DNA from: Catajapyx aquilonaris
Lineage: Eukaryota
Direction of reading: 5' to 3'
Assembly (NCBI GenBank): GCA_000934665.2
Contig: KZ538603.1
Coordinates: 124,001 to 154,204 of the forward strand
DNA length: 30,204 nt
Shown: positions 1 through 11,970 of the stretch, piece by piece
How the letters are laid out: each line of letters starts with the position of its first letter
How positions within the stretch are numbered: position 1 is the stretch's first letter
Notes under the pieces: model-generated
The model's database searches: none
What the model was told of the DNA's origin: nothing
The model's input: only the letters and a program-made list of their open reading frames with translations
Made by a program: the position numbers and the translations under genes

Positions 1-542
1 CATGCTCCAGTGCTAAGGAACGAACGGACCATGCCTACTAGATTTGAATTGGCGGTTTGGGAGTCTTGGTCCGCGCCGTCCGCCGTGTTCCGCCACCAGA
101 TTCGCTGTGTGCCGCCTGTTGGTTGAAGTAACTGAAGGAACGGAACAAGCGCCGAAACTGAAGCGAAGCGGCAACCCACCTAACTACTGATATGCCGCTC
201 TAAGGTCACGGGGATCTGACGGGGAAACCCATATGAAAAAACCGACTTGCAGTGAGGTGTTCGGCCTGATTTTCTGCACATGGATGAAGGGAACACCTCA
301 TGGCAATGATACTATGACTTCCATATTAACATGACAACAAAATCTGGTCAGATTACAATGATGCTACCTACTGTAGATAGTTTGTGCGAGGACGAAATAT
401 GGGAAGCGAACGAGTTCCTTTGATTCGAATCGCGCAGGTACAACGACACTGGAAAAAGAGACGATATGGCAGGGGAAAGTAAATGGCTGCATTGGCTCAT
501 TTTCAGTCCCATCAGTTAAAATTTATGTGTGGGAATAATATA

Positions 543-1101
543 CAGGGTGTCCACAAGGAACCTCCCTAGTTTCAAAGGGCGGTAAAAAATAGAAATGCGG
601 AGGTATTTAAGGTTTCGGTTGTTTAAATGGTCTGGAGATTCACCAAGTTTAATCCTGAATTTTTGGAATGGCCTATGTGATGCGGTGGTGCTCCTGTGGG
701 GGATGATATTGGAAGACGGAAACATGGCATCTACAGAGGAAAAAATGCAATTTATTTGGTGGTTAGCCGAGCTGAAGTTGATCATAGAAGTGCTGGACAT
801 GTCGCCTTTCCACAACTCCCAAGACAGTCTGTGCAACCAAAGTGGACAGCCCAAATAATGACGTGTCGTCCATCACCATTGTCCATTGACATGATGGAGA
901 GAATCTCGGGGGAGGGAGATTATTGGCTTAAAATTGTGCTTGCTAGTAAAGAAGCACACGTGGAAGGCTACTGATTTTTAAAATACATAAACTTGATGAG
1001 TGTCCCTTCTCATTTGGGCAATTTCGACACCATGATCCAGTTACTTAAGTAATAGTTGTAGTAGCAAGTTGAAATTAGGGAGGTTCATTTTGGACACCGT
1101 G
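543..1101 (+). mobile_element. Internally deleted Tc1/mariner-superfamily element
   Basis: ~33-bp TIRs: cagggtgtccacaaggaacctccctagtttcaa, and the right end in reverse complement cacggtgtccaaaatgaacctccctaatttcaa. TA on both flanks (541-542, 1102-1103). Internal MASTEEKMQFIWWLAELKLIIEV resembles the N-terminal HTH (DUF4817-like) of Tc1-like transposases. Confidence 0.85.
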
Positions 1102-2383
1102 TACAGTATATTGACTTGTGGAACATGACAAGTGTTACTTGTATGTTGTATCTGTTACTTGGTCTTTCTGTGCAAAGAGAACACTTCCCTAGAATTGATA
1201 ATAAATTGTTAACTCGTCATAAGCATGTGCCTTTTCCTAGATTATTTTTTGTCTGATATGCTGTGAACAATAATTATTATTTGATCGCGTATTATGTTGA
1301 AGAATATTTTAGCCGCTGGGGCGAGGGAATGGGAAGGTAGGTGTCACAGCCTACAGTATATTTTCGATAATATCTTGGCATTGATCTGCAAGTGAACTGT
1401 TACGAAAAGGCAGGATTGCCACGTTCGGGAACATGTAAGACCTCCAGAATTGAAGTTTGATGGTATCACACTATGGCCGATTGTATGAAGGCAAATTAAA
1501 CACGCGGAAAAATTGGGGTTTTCAAAAAAACATCTTTACAAAAAATGTTCTCCCATATTCGGGGGGTTGGGTAGTACGGTCGCGTGAGCACGTCACATAC
1601 AACACAAAAATGTCCAAATGAAATGTATTGTCTCCGTCGCGTCGGCCAGAATAGTGGTTATTAGAGAGGTGTTGGGGTAATAGGTTCAAATACACATTAC
1701 TAAACCATTTAATATAAGAATTACATTGATTGTGCATGGGGAGTAATCGCCTTACAGGTCAATCTAAACAATGCATCTTCCATCCGGCTGACGAGTCAAT
1801 GGCCCCTCGTCTAGCTTACTTTTACTTTTTTATTGCATCCATTGTTCACCAACACATTCCAGAGAGTTGCCTCCTGATGTCATCATTATTTAGAAGTATT
1901 CGCTGATACAGTATGATGCTATGCACTCTAGACATTATAGTGCATGATGGTGTGCTACTTGTCTATCTTTGTCAACAGAACCCTTCTAGTCCTATAAACC
2001 ACCCAAAGAAAGCAAGATATAGGAATGGGAAGGAGGGCGGTGGGCTACTCATTTTCTCATCTAATCCCCCCTAATCTGCAAGAGAAAAACGAGACATAAG
2101 AACTAACCGATGAAGGATTTCGGGACCTTTTCTTTGCTCTTTGGTGACATTACAAAAGGCTTCGTTGCTGACAATACTGACAAAACAGACAACGCTGTTT
2201 ACATCATTAGCAGTTGCAAACAAATTAAAAACGAAGGATCGATTGAGATAATGAGGAGAATGTTATTATTGTGGAGAGCCCCAGCTCCTTGAACATTCAC
2301 TGACTATGGAAATCTGGTATAGGAAAAACATTCTAGAACTGGGCCTATATACATAGTATACCTATAGATGAAAGCAAATGTGT

Positions 2384-2528
2384 TAATGTACGGAAAATGA
2401 GAGAACGATCTGACGTCATCAAGGTTTCCATGTACATAGCCTCACAGAACAATATGAGTAAACAGTGTCAACAAGCAACAATGGAAGAAACGATGACGTC
2501 AGATCGTTCTCTCGTTTTCCTTACATTA
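2384..2528. mobile_element. 145-bp MITE / hairpin
   Basis: 37-bp inverted arms (2384-2420, 2492-2528) with 2 mismatches; the outer ends are TA. Confidence 0.75.
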
Positions 2529-3587
2529 GGTAGTTTGCAGAGGGCTTGGCTGCGCTATAATGTGTCACAATGAAAAGAACTTGATTTTATTATCATAAAC
2601 TTAGAGTAATATTTTGAATGGAAACGAGTTCATTGATTGTTGAAGGGGAATGACTAATGGATTTTATTCACATGAGCGTCATTGAGGGTGAGCACTCTGA
2701 AGGTTACCGAACGTAGGAAGTATTGTGGGACTCCTGACAATGAAGAGGAAGAGAATGAATGGTAATGGTTTGTGAATGCAAGGAGCGTGAAACTTTACTT
2801 AGCCACAACCCTCGGTTCTGTCTACTAGGCACACCAGATCAAAATAGAGTCAAAAACACTACAGGTGTAACACCAAGCATGTCAAGCCAGGAAATTAATA
2901 GTCAATCAGATCGCGGCGATCGTAATTTGCAAAACATCGCTATTTTTTCAATACGTATTGTATACATTACCTAACTTGTACAGGTATACTTCTTGCACAT
3001 TTCCAAACTTTCTTACCTCAAACATTTGATGGCACTACACGCTGAGGTGAGGCCCATCACTTATACCATATAGATGATTTCGCACACAGAGAGGGAAATG
3101 CATAAATTATAGAGCATGTCAACTAGATTGCTTCTGCAGAATATTCACAAGCGATTAGTATACCTCATGACGTATAGATTATCTCATTGCGAGATGGGTA
3201 TTACCGCATACCAGGGACATTTTTCTCTCTAATAATTCTCCCCAAAACCTATAGTGCAGCCAAATAATAGGCAATAGCGGCGCATGTCTAAGCTACCATC
3301 TCACACAAACCCTATGTCGAGCAGGACGTTTTTTTCGAACTGGGTAACCATATTGTGTAATTCATATACAGTAGTTATTAAAGGGTTGGGTCGAATGTCG
3401 AGAAATTTTGACGCCAATCCTGTTTACTACTCTCTTGGTCACTTCTTAGTCTTAGAGTCTCGCCTGCGAAAGTTTTTATGGGAGCTGAGAAACAATGACA
3501 GATACTCGGTGAAAGGTCCACACCCATGAGTATACTAAACAACTTGAAAGGTTTGAGACTGGCCGCTTATAAACTGCAATTTTCAGT

Positions 3588-3629
3588 ACAGTATACTGTA
3601 GTCAGATACATCTGACTACAGTATGCTGT
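3588..3629. repeat. 42-bp near-perfect palindrome
   Basis: acagtatactgtagtcagat-ac-atctgactacagtatgctgt: 20-bp stem, 1 mismatch, 2-nt loop. Confidence 0.85.
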
Positions 3630-3799
3630 CGTCCTTCTGTAGAAGACGGCTAAACGATACTTGATGAATATATTCGTAACAGTACCCCCAGAAGATTAGG
3701 ATTTCATTGGAGACTGTACAATCAAATGTACCAATTGAATTGTGTGTTACATCTTAATAATGCGACTTTCAAATTACTTATATCGTTAATATTATATAT

Positions 3800-4093
3800 A
3801 ATAGATACCCCATTATCAGCCCTTTAGGCTTTATTAGGGGGGGATTTCTCCCAATTTTTTTGTCTGGAACTCTTTCCATTTTTACTATACTTTTTCATCG
3901 GAATTGAGGCAAGGATAGGTAAGGAAGGAAGCGGCTGTGGCCTATGATTACGGTAACGACCCCGGAATTATCCTGCGATGACCATGGGAAACCACAGAAA
4001 ACCATGATCAGGGTCGCCGGCCTCCGGGATTCGAACCCAGGACCTCCCGATTAGCAGTCGGACACCATACCACTACACCACTACTGCTTCGGT
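3800..4093 (-). mobile_element. tRNA-derived SINE, family A, copy 1
   Basis: 15-bp TSD gttaatattatatat (3785-3799, 4094-4108). B-box GGTTCGAATCC on the minus strand near 4027-4037. Homologous to 9110-9389. Confidence 0.9.
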
Positions 4094-4277
4094 GTTAATA
4101 TTATATATTGTACTATACTATCACATGTTTGAAGTATCATAGCATAAGATGATATGCTATGCACCATCTCTAGCCATGTACTGTACAACTGTATGAACAC
4201 TTTTCGCACCTTCTTTCAAACTGCAACTTAGGTGTATGCATACACCTGCATACCGTACAACGGACACTACTGCATAT

Positions 4278-5173
4278 CCTCCTGAGACCTGAGAAGAATT
4301 TTTTAACGCAATGTCAGTTCCTATTGCATTTTCTGAACATGTTCCCAATAAGAAACAAGAAAAAAAATTTAGTTTTAAAATATCGACAAAAATGGCGACA
4401 AACAACCAATGGGAACATTAGGACCCAATTGGTGCTACAAAAGCAGAACGGATGAAAGCTGAAAATTGAAATACCACTTCATGGATCCCTCACATAGTGC
4501 TCTATCCTCCAAACAATGTTTTTAAAATTAATTTGTGGAATTAGTGGTAGCAATTCCTCTCAGAAGACAATTAAAGATAAATGAAATCATTTTTAACGCC
4601 ACCACTCCAGGCATGGGGGTTGCTCCTTCCCTTCTTACCCGCTAAAGTGGTACCTTGCTATTCTAGATTTCAAAACTGAACAGCATAGTGCAAAGCCCAC
4701 TTCCTTATGGGTGTATAGGTACAGGCACGTAAAGAAAAGTCACACCCATTCAGCTAAAAATGCCATTTTTCGGATGTCCATTTAAATGGACATTTTGTCT
4801 CAGGAAGAAAAGAAAATGACCAGTTCTCTACAGCAACAAAGATTGTCACAGAATCATCTTTTCGCAGTTCCTAAGACACATTCCTTGCGAATCCCAGGAC
4901 ATTCACTGCATTGCGAAAATCGCATTCTAAATATGAGTAAAAAAATAAAACTGATCAGATGAGCGCCTAAGCTTCATTAGCGGAATCCGCCATTTTGTCC
5001 GCGATTTAATTTTCGCGGCCCAAGCCAGATATTCGACGCTAGGTGGCTACAGCTATTGAGGCCAGATTGTAACCATGGGATACCAGCCTATTACAGTTCT
5101 GTTGGCATCACTGGTTGGCGCCAAAAAAATCTTTTGCTGATGTCGACATATGTCGACACCAGGTCTCAGGAGG
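4278..5173. mobile_element. Non-autonomous piggyBac-like DNA transposon with ATAT target duplication, copy 1
   Basis: 14-bp perfect TIR cctcctgagacctg/caggtctcaggagg, flanked by ATAT at 4274-4277 and 5174-5177. Full-length homology to 22682-23911. Confidence 0.8.
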
Positions 5174-5545
5174 ATATACTCCTGGTCATAAGGATCCACT
5201 TAAAATATGCTAGAAAAATCAGACCCCCATTGTTAGAACCTTGTTGAGTCATTATGGCCATCTCCAAGCATAACTGCCCCTAAGGAACTAAACATGAAAT
5301 TATACGACAAAATCTACTAGTACACTACAGGTGGTCAAAAAAGAATGACTCAATTCTAAAACCCTATAACTTGAACACTTTTAGACATATCTTAATGATA
5401 TTTAAGCTTGGATTTAAGTTTTGAAATGCTAAGAAACGTCTAGAGTTTTGGTCTTACCATAGATTGTTTCGATATCGGTAATCGGTGTCGTGCCTAACCC
5501 GATCAGACATGTCTGGAGTCACCATTTTGATTCTAACCCATAGGC

Positions 5546-7070
5546 CAGGGGTGGGCAACCTTTTTTCTCCGTGGGCCGCATAGAGATTTGAAAAAAAATT
5601 GACTGGCTGCCGCATCTAACAAAAGAAAATTCAACTTATAAAAATGTTTACAATTATACGTATATCCATCGCTTTAAATATACTTCCATTAATTGCATAA
5701 ATTACACTATGCAACAAAATTTGACTTTTTTTGTCCATGGAAATTCATCGTCATATTCGTGTTCCTTAGGTCACAAGTAACTTGTAATGGGCATTCATTT
5801 TGTCTTTGATTTGTTTTTGACCTCGGGGCAGTCAAAAAACCAAAGTCTTCAAATATAGCAGTTTTTTTCCTAATCAAGTGGGCCTAAATGTTGTTAGACC
5901 ATCTCGGATTTTTCTGAAAATAATCACAGCTGTACACACATATGCTGTATCATTGCATATCAAGTTTCAGCCAAATTGCGAAATACCGTGGGGAGGGAAA
6001 AAAATCGCGAAATTTTGAAAATGAGGCCTTTTTTTGATAATTTTTTTCGGTTATTGGAAGTGGTCAAAACCCAAGCAACATATACATCAAATGAAATAGA
6101 AACGCGAGTAGAATGCGCATATGGAATTTGATTTTCTGAAAAATGCACTCAGAAAAACATGTGTGGCATTCCATCGGTCACATGCTCAGTAACATGTCCA
6201 AGTGTTTAAACCCCAAAAATTAGTGGTGTATTTGCGTAAGAGCAGCCATATTTGGTGACAGCAGTTGTGACCCATACAAGATTCAATATGTTCAGTTTCA
6301 ATCCTGGGTCATGCATGGTTCGCGAGAAAATAATAGGTATGTTTGCCGAATTACCATTAATTTTAATGGGGCCGAATTCTTGGACATGTGACTGATGAAA
6401 TGCCACACATGTTTTTCTGAGTGCATTTTCGAGAAAAGCACATTCCATAAGCACATTCTACTCGCGTTTTTCTTTCATTTGATGTACGTATATGTTGATT
6501 GGGTTTTGACCACTTCCAGTAAACTGGAAAAAATTATCAAAGAAGGCCCCATTTTCAAATTTCCGCGATTTTTTTCCTCCCCACAGTATTACGCAATTTG
6601 GCTGAAACTTGATATGCAGTGTTACGGCATAGGTGTGTACAGCTGTGATTATTTTCGGAAAAATTCCAGATGGTTTAACAACATTTAGGCCCACTCGATT
6701 TGGAAAAAACTGCTATATTGTTTTTTTTTTGTTTTTTGACTGCCCCGAGGTCAAAAACAAATCAAAGACAAAGTGAATGCCCATTATGAGTTACTTGTGA
6801 CCTAAGGAACACGAATATGACGATGAATTTCCATGGACAAATATCGTGTTGCATAGTGTTATCATTAAATTATCTGAAAATCGATAAAATTAGCTAAATA
6901 TATCAATGAAAATGGCCTGTACAAATAAAAGAACAAGGTTTTTGTGGATTTAAAAGAATTAAAAAGAGAGTCACAGGCATAAAATTTTGCAACTTTATTT
7001 TTTCACAATTTTCAGGAATTCCGATATTTTTGCGCGGGCCGCGCAAATTGTCTTCGCGGGCAACCTACCG
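5546..7070. mobile_element. hAT-like non-autonomous element, right end degraded, middle layer of the nest
   Basis: Starts with caggggtgggcaacctttttt...gggccgca, a typical hAT MITE terminus. Subterminal gcgggccgc motifs recur at 7033-7060. No intact right TIR or TSD found, so the end coordinate is approximate. Confidence 0.55.
5705..6858. mobile_element. Chapaev3/CMC-like foldback element with ~480-bp inverted arms
   Basis: Termini CACTATGCAAC...GTTGCATAGTG with 3-bp TSD TTA (5702-5704, 6859-6861). Arms ~5705-6184 and ~6385-6858 align as reverse complements throughout, with a ~200-bp spacer. Confidence 0.85.
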
Positions 7071-9109
7071 GGGTTGGCAACCTACGCTACATGTAGAACT
7101 TTGACATTTCTTTGCTTTTAAAAACTGAAATCATTAAGATATCCAGATATGTCTGCAAGTTTTCGAGTTATATGGTTTTAGAATCGGCGCATTCTTTTTC
7201 GACTGCCCTGTATATGCAGCTCCTATTCCCATATCCACAGTTTATACTGTATAGCTCGTATATTATCTTTCTCTGTATTGCGTTCCCTTGGAATCGAAAA
7301 TATGCGCTTCTGATCGGCAACATTGTTATGTTGTCAATGCTGTAGCCCTACGTAGAGTATCACATTCACTTGAGGTGACTGTTCGCTTATTTATTATCGA
7401 CAACTCTATAGCCTTATCATTTTTTAATATACTGTATTTAGCTGCGTGCATCTTCATCAAGAAAGCCTAATGTCAAGCGTCCACATGAAAGCACATGTTA
7501 CATGCTCATTCAATTTAACCTCCGCACTATTTATTACGAGACCTTCTAACATGTGTCACCCAATAAAGGAATCACTCTCTTGTTACCTAGTCATTACAGC
7601 CATCACCCAATTCCGCAAACACCTTTATCCAAGTTGTTCAATGACCGCATATACCAGCAAGGACTAGGCGGACCCGCTGCTATCGGAAACATTGACTATA
7701 ATATACACAGCAGCAAGCAGACAGTTCCTGGGCGGCCAAGTACTGTACTGTACCTTGCAGACAAGGGCTACAAAAAATTGAGTGCATTAATTGGACATTT
7801 AAATTGTATAGTATAATCGCACACCCAAAAGTATACATATACTTCAAAATATTGAATCATAACAACAACACACTGGAAGGCCAAAATTGAAATTTTTCTG
7901 ACATTGGATTGGAACTATTTTATCGCCCCTGGGAACTGGATGTGAAGTGATACCCACTTCTGCCCATTTATACTGGCTAGGGCAGTGTGCAAATGGAAAT
8001 TGGAAAGGTTTATACGGCATTTAAAAGCCAATATCGTTAGCACATTTGCTTATAGGTCGTATTTACGAATTTCCCCGGGAGGTATAGCTACGGTATCATT
8101 CCGGAAGACCACAGAGGAGGGCGTTAACGTTTTATTGTAATAACATGTACATTTTTCTCCGCTTTCCTATGATACCTCGGATTATGCCCACTACATTAGG
8201 TTTTGCCATAAATGGTCTTGCATGCTACCATTGTTATCAGGTTGTCTCATTAAAATGAAACACGATTGTCACATCCCTAGGCCCAGTTGCAGCACTGAAG
8301 GTAGATCATGTATGAAGGATAATATTCTTGTTATTGTAATTGATGGGGGTGAAGTGATACAGTTTTGAATTTCAAAATAAGATACCTCTCTTAAAAATAT
8401 TTTTGTGCTTATTTTTCGATGCATTGGTCTGACCTTAGTTAAAAGTTACACTTCCATTAATAAGTTGTAATTTCTTAAACTTTTATGTAACATTTACATA
8501 ATTCGTATTGTCATAAACAAAATAATAGCTAGGACTGGAAGGAAGAAAAAATAAAGTTTTGAAAACACACATGCCTACTGGTGTGAATATAGACAGTGTA
8601 TCACTTCACCCCAGCTTATTACATCACCCCCAAACACTATACTGTCGTGTGTCGCTGATAACAATCAATAACTATTTTAACTCCTTGGTCAACAAACAAG
8701 CTACCTTGAATTGTGCAACCAGTCTAAGAATGGCTAGAAATTGCGGCTAATTCTAAAAATAGCTCAGTGACATTAGTAGGAAATGCTATCGCCTGAAATT
8801 ACATCCGAGGCACTAACTCGATTGACGTCAACTTCCGGAGAAAAAAAAAATCGAGCCGCAACAGACCACTTAGCGGAACCAAAAATACACGACAAATTAT
8901 TGATCAATTACGGAAGGAAACCATTCCGCCATATATTGACAGAAGTTCCAAATAGGCAAGAAACAGAAAATTTGCTTTATTTGAGGCACCTGGAATGATG
9001 CTCTCCAAGTAGGCTAGTATATTATTGCGAATAAAGAAATATGAAGACGTACTGGGTGAGGGGAGAGTCAAAAGACATTGCATATACGAGGGATTGATTT
9101 TAAATAATG

Positions 9110-9389
9110 ATAATTCATACCCCGTTATCAGCCATCGGCTCTTTAGGGGGGAAGTTTGTTTTTGCCTGGAACTCTTTGCTTTTCATTTTACTGTGCTCTT
9201 TGGGATAGGATAGGGACGGAAGGAAGCGGCTGTGGCCTATTAATTACGGAAGCAACTCCGGAATTTTCCTGGAAGGACCGTGGGAAACCACAGAAAACCA
9301 CGGTCAGAGTTGCCAGCCCTGGGATTTGATCCCAGGACCTCCCGATTAGCAGTCGGACACCATATCCCCTCCTCCAAACTGCTTCGGTT
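9110..9389 (-). mobile_element. tRNA-derived SINE, family A, copy 2, inserted inside the mariner left TIR
   Basis: 16-bp TSD ttgattttaaataatg (9094-9109, 9390-9405); homologous to 3800-4093. Confidence 0.9.
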
Positions 9390-9571
9390 TTGATTTTAAA
9401 TAATGGCAACCCTGTTCCCCTTGCGCACGAAAACGGAGTTGGCTTCTGCGCAAGAAGGGAGATCCAGACAGACGTAGGACTTGTTCCTGGCAAGTTTGGA
9501 CCCGAATGTGCCACTGGTGACTGTGACAGGGTAGTTCAAAGGGACCACATCCTCATGCACCGTCCTAAGCC

Positions 9572-10049
9572 ATGGCGTCGAAGTTAGAACGGTGCTCTTG
9601 GTTGAAGATCGAGGTGGCGAGGGGCCATGACAATGCCCATGAATGCTGGCGACTTCTTGGAACACCGTCTGAGACCAGCGATACGACGCGACGCGACGCG
9701 ACGCAAGCGACCGCACTTTCTGAACACCAACCCTGTATCGTGTTGCACGACAACGCGCGTTGCCATGTCTCATCTGCAGTGAGAGAATTATTGCTTCGTT
9801 GGCAATGGGAAACACTGGAGCATCCTTCTCAGACATGAGCCCTTGCGATGTTGATTTGTTCACAAAAATAAAGGAACCAGTGCGAGAGAAACGTTTCCAG
9901 AGCATTGAAGAGATAGTACTTACACGCTTTAGGGCGGGTGATTGCAGATGTCAACAAACATCACTCTGCTGACGCCATCCAACGCCTCCTACATAATTAT
10001 CTGGAAAATGGCGATGGAGGGCGGGGGCGACTACATTGAAGGAATGTAG
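9572..10049 (+). pseudogene. Mariner transposase remnant (frameshifted, central deletion)
   Basis: N-terminal HTH-like MASKLERCSWLKIEVARG joined to catalytic-domain motifs VLHDNARCH...WETLEHP, DMSPCDVDLFTKIKEPVREKRF (equivalent to HDNARPH and YSPDLAPSDF) and terminal GGDYIEGM*. Confidence 0.88.
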
Positions 10050-10718
10050 ATAACAAATTTGTTAATTAAAGGTCTCTTTTGAAACTATCGCAGTGTTGCC
10101 ACTATTAAAAACTCAATCCCTCGGTGTCTGCTCGTAGGCCTATAGATGAGTTTTGTCAAGATGGTTTTTTCCTCAACTTGTTCGTAACCGTGTCCATGTA
10201 AGGTCGGTTGGCTCATTTTTATTTGAGTGAACCTTGTGCCTCTCTTCTAGAAATCAGGTGCGTGGGATACGAAATGTTCTTTGCGTTAAAGAGAAAGACC
10301 TTGATCAAGCAGACCTTGTGTGGTTCTTGTTTGTCCAGAATTGATTGACTTTAGAAATACACAGCCTGGTTCCCTGTCCAAGTCACCAGTCGAAGAGGAA
10401 ATAAATGCAATGTGCAACAATTGATGGGAAAAAACATTAACAGTGGAAATAGATAATAAAACAGACAAGTGCATGGATAGATTACTCCTGAACCCGCCTG
10501 CACCACTAGAAAACTGTCGCTTTGCACAATTTTACATTGTTTCGCACAGCTATGGTCTTGTTTTCTGGATGCATCTGGTGCGTTTCTTGTCTTGAAAGTT
10601 CAAGATGATCATGGAATAAGCAAGGAAGTGTGAGAAGTAATGGGAAACACGATGTCGCGAACTTTGAGAGCCGGCTTTCTACAACTGTAGGCATACTCTA
10701 TAGCCTACGTTCATAGTC

Positions 10719-11192
10719 GGGTGCTTGGCGAAAGTACTGTACTTAGCGGAAATCCCGACTATCCCACCCGATTCAGGATGAAAGGTCATTCCGGGCCATC
10801 CTCGTTAAACATTCAATTTAATCATGTCCCACCCGATTCGATACATACTATTTTTTGCGGTCTAACGAAAATGAACATTTATTCCCTTCACCGTCTTTTT
10901 TTGACGCTTCACAAAAATCTGATCTTTCGTCATTTAGAGATGAAATCTAAATATCAGACCTCCTGAGTACCCGGGCCGGTCCAGTCCAAAGGGTGATTAC
11001 CTTATTTCAGGTTTCAAAGTGTAATCCATCTTGGCAAATCGGGAATTTGTTAATATTATAGTGGCATGGTTAAAGGTCTGTGTTATGTAAACTTGTTTTG
11101 TTAAGTGTCCTTGAATTGTAAACTAAATAGGGGCAACTCCCCCCTCAATACGTATACTGTACCTTAATAGGGAAATAATAATAATAATAATA
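10719..11192 (+). mobile_element. Retroposed insertion (5'-truncated non-LTR element or SINE) with (AAT)n tail
   Basis: 13-bp TSD tacgttcatagtc (10706-10718, 11193-11205), with an (AAT)n tail immediately before the right TSD. Confidence 0.75.
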
Positions 11193-11970
11193 TACGTTCA
11201 TAGTCCGGAGCGAGGAGTTACCAACGTCTTGTCCAGGTGTACAACTCCTTTTGGTTACAAGCGATTACTATCCCGTTACAGGTCGGTTGTAAGCCGGTTA
11301 CTTGGACACGGTACACGGATTATTGAAAGTTGATACCACCTTAATCCCCAGGTTATACATTTGCAAATGCCACAGTCATCAAGTGTAATATTAGTCCCGT
11401 TTATTCGAGCCATATGTCCCTCTTGCGAGCAGGAGAAATGCTGCATGTTGCACTTTCATATCCACAGCAACTACACAATTCAGAGGCGTTTTTCCAACAT
11501 GTCTGAGAAATGAATGTCGTGATATGAGTCTTGTGCATACAAAATCAAGTTCTTAAAAAAACGGATAATACCTTTTGACGTACTTCTTTGCCAAACAAAT
11601 ATATTTCATACAATATTCTCGTCATTACCCTCACATTCCGATCTAAAAGGTCACCGATGAAATTGGAAAAATGCAATAATTACAGTACACATGTTATACA
11701 CGTAATCGGCACAACAGTCACAACGAACGACGTTGCGTGGTGTGACTCTAAGCCAATCCGGACCACACCTAGAGAGATCTCATTCCAACCCTTCTCTGAC
11801 ATAGTCACATCAGTATATTGACTAATGTAAATAGCTTTGCAGCAGAATGTTTGGCAGTAACTTCACTGTCACAAATAATTGTCATTAATCACTCAGACTT
11901 TGCACACATACTTATACAAATTATATGTGTGTATATTATACACACAGACACACCCAGTTCTGTTCTGAAT

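Larger units (their letters stand above)
5328..7210. mobile_element. Tc1/mariner-type MITE, outer host of a 3-level nest
   Basis: Degenerate ~100-120-bp TIRs (caggtggtcaaaaaagaatg... versus reverse complement cagggcagtcgaaaaagaatg...). TA on both flanks (5326-5327, 7211-7212). Confidence 0.8.
9087..10123 (+). mobile_element. Internally deleted mariner element
   Basis: Left TIR, after removing the SINE, is cgagggattgattttaaataatggcaac; the right end in reverse complement is cgagggattgagtttttaatagtggcaac. TA at 9085-9086; the right TA is not preserved. Contains transposase remnants. Confidence 0.9.

Noticed and set aside
5960..6694. Similar ORFs on opposite strands (5960-6148 minus, 6395-6688 plus) suggesting a gene pair
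   Set aside because: This is a consequence of the foldback element's inverted arms.
10155..11345. Possible degenerate TIR pair (accgtgtcca.gtaa / ttac.tggacacggt) enclosing the 10719 retro-insertion
   Set aside because: The match is short and gapped and no TSD was found; it is plausible but not supportable by eye.
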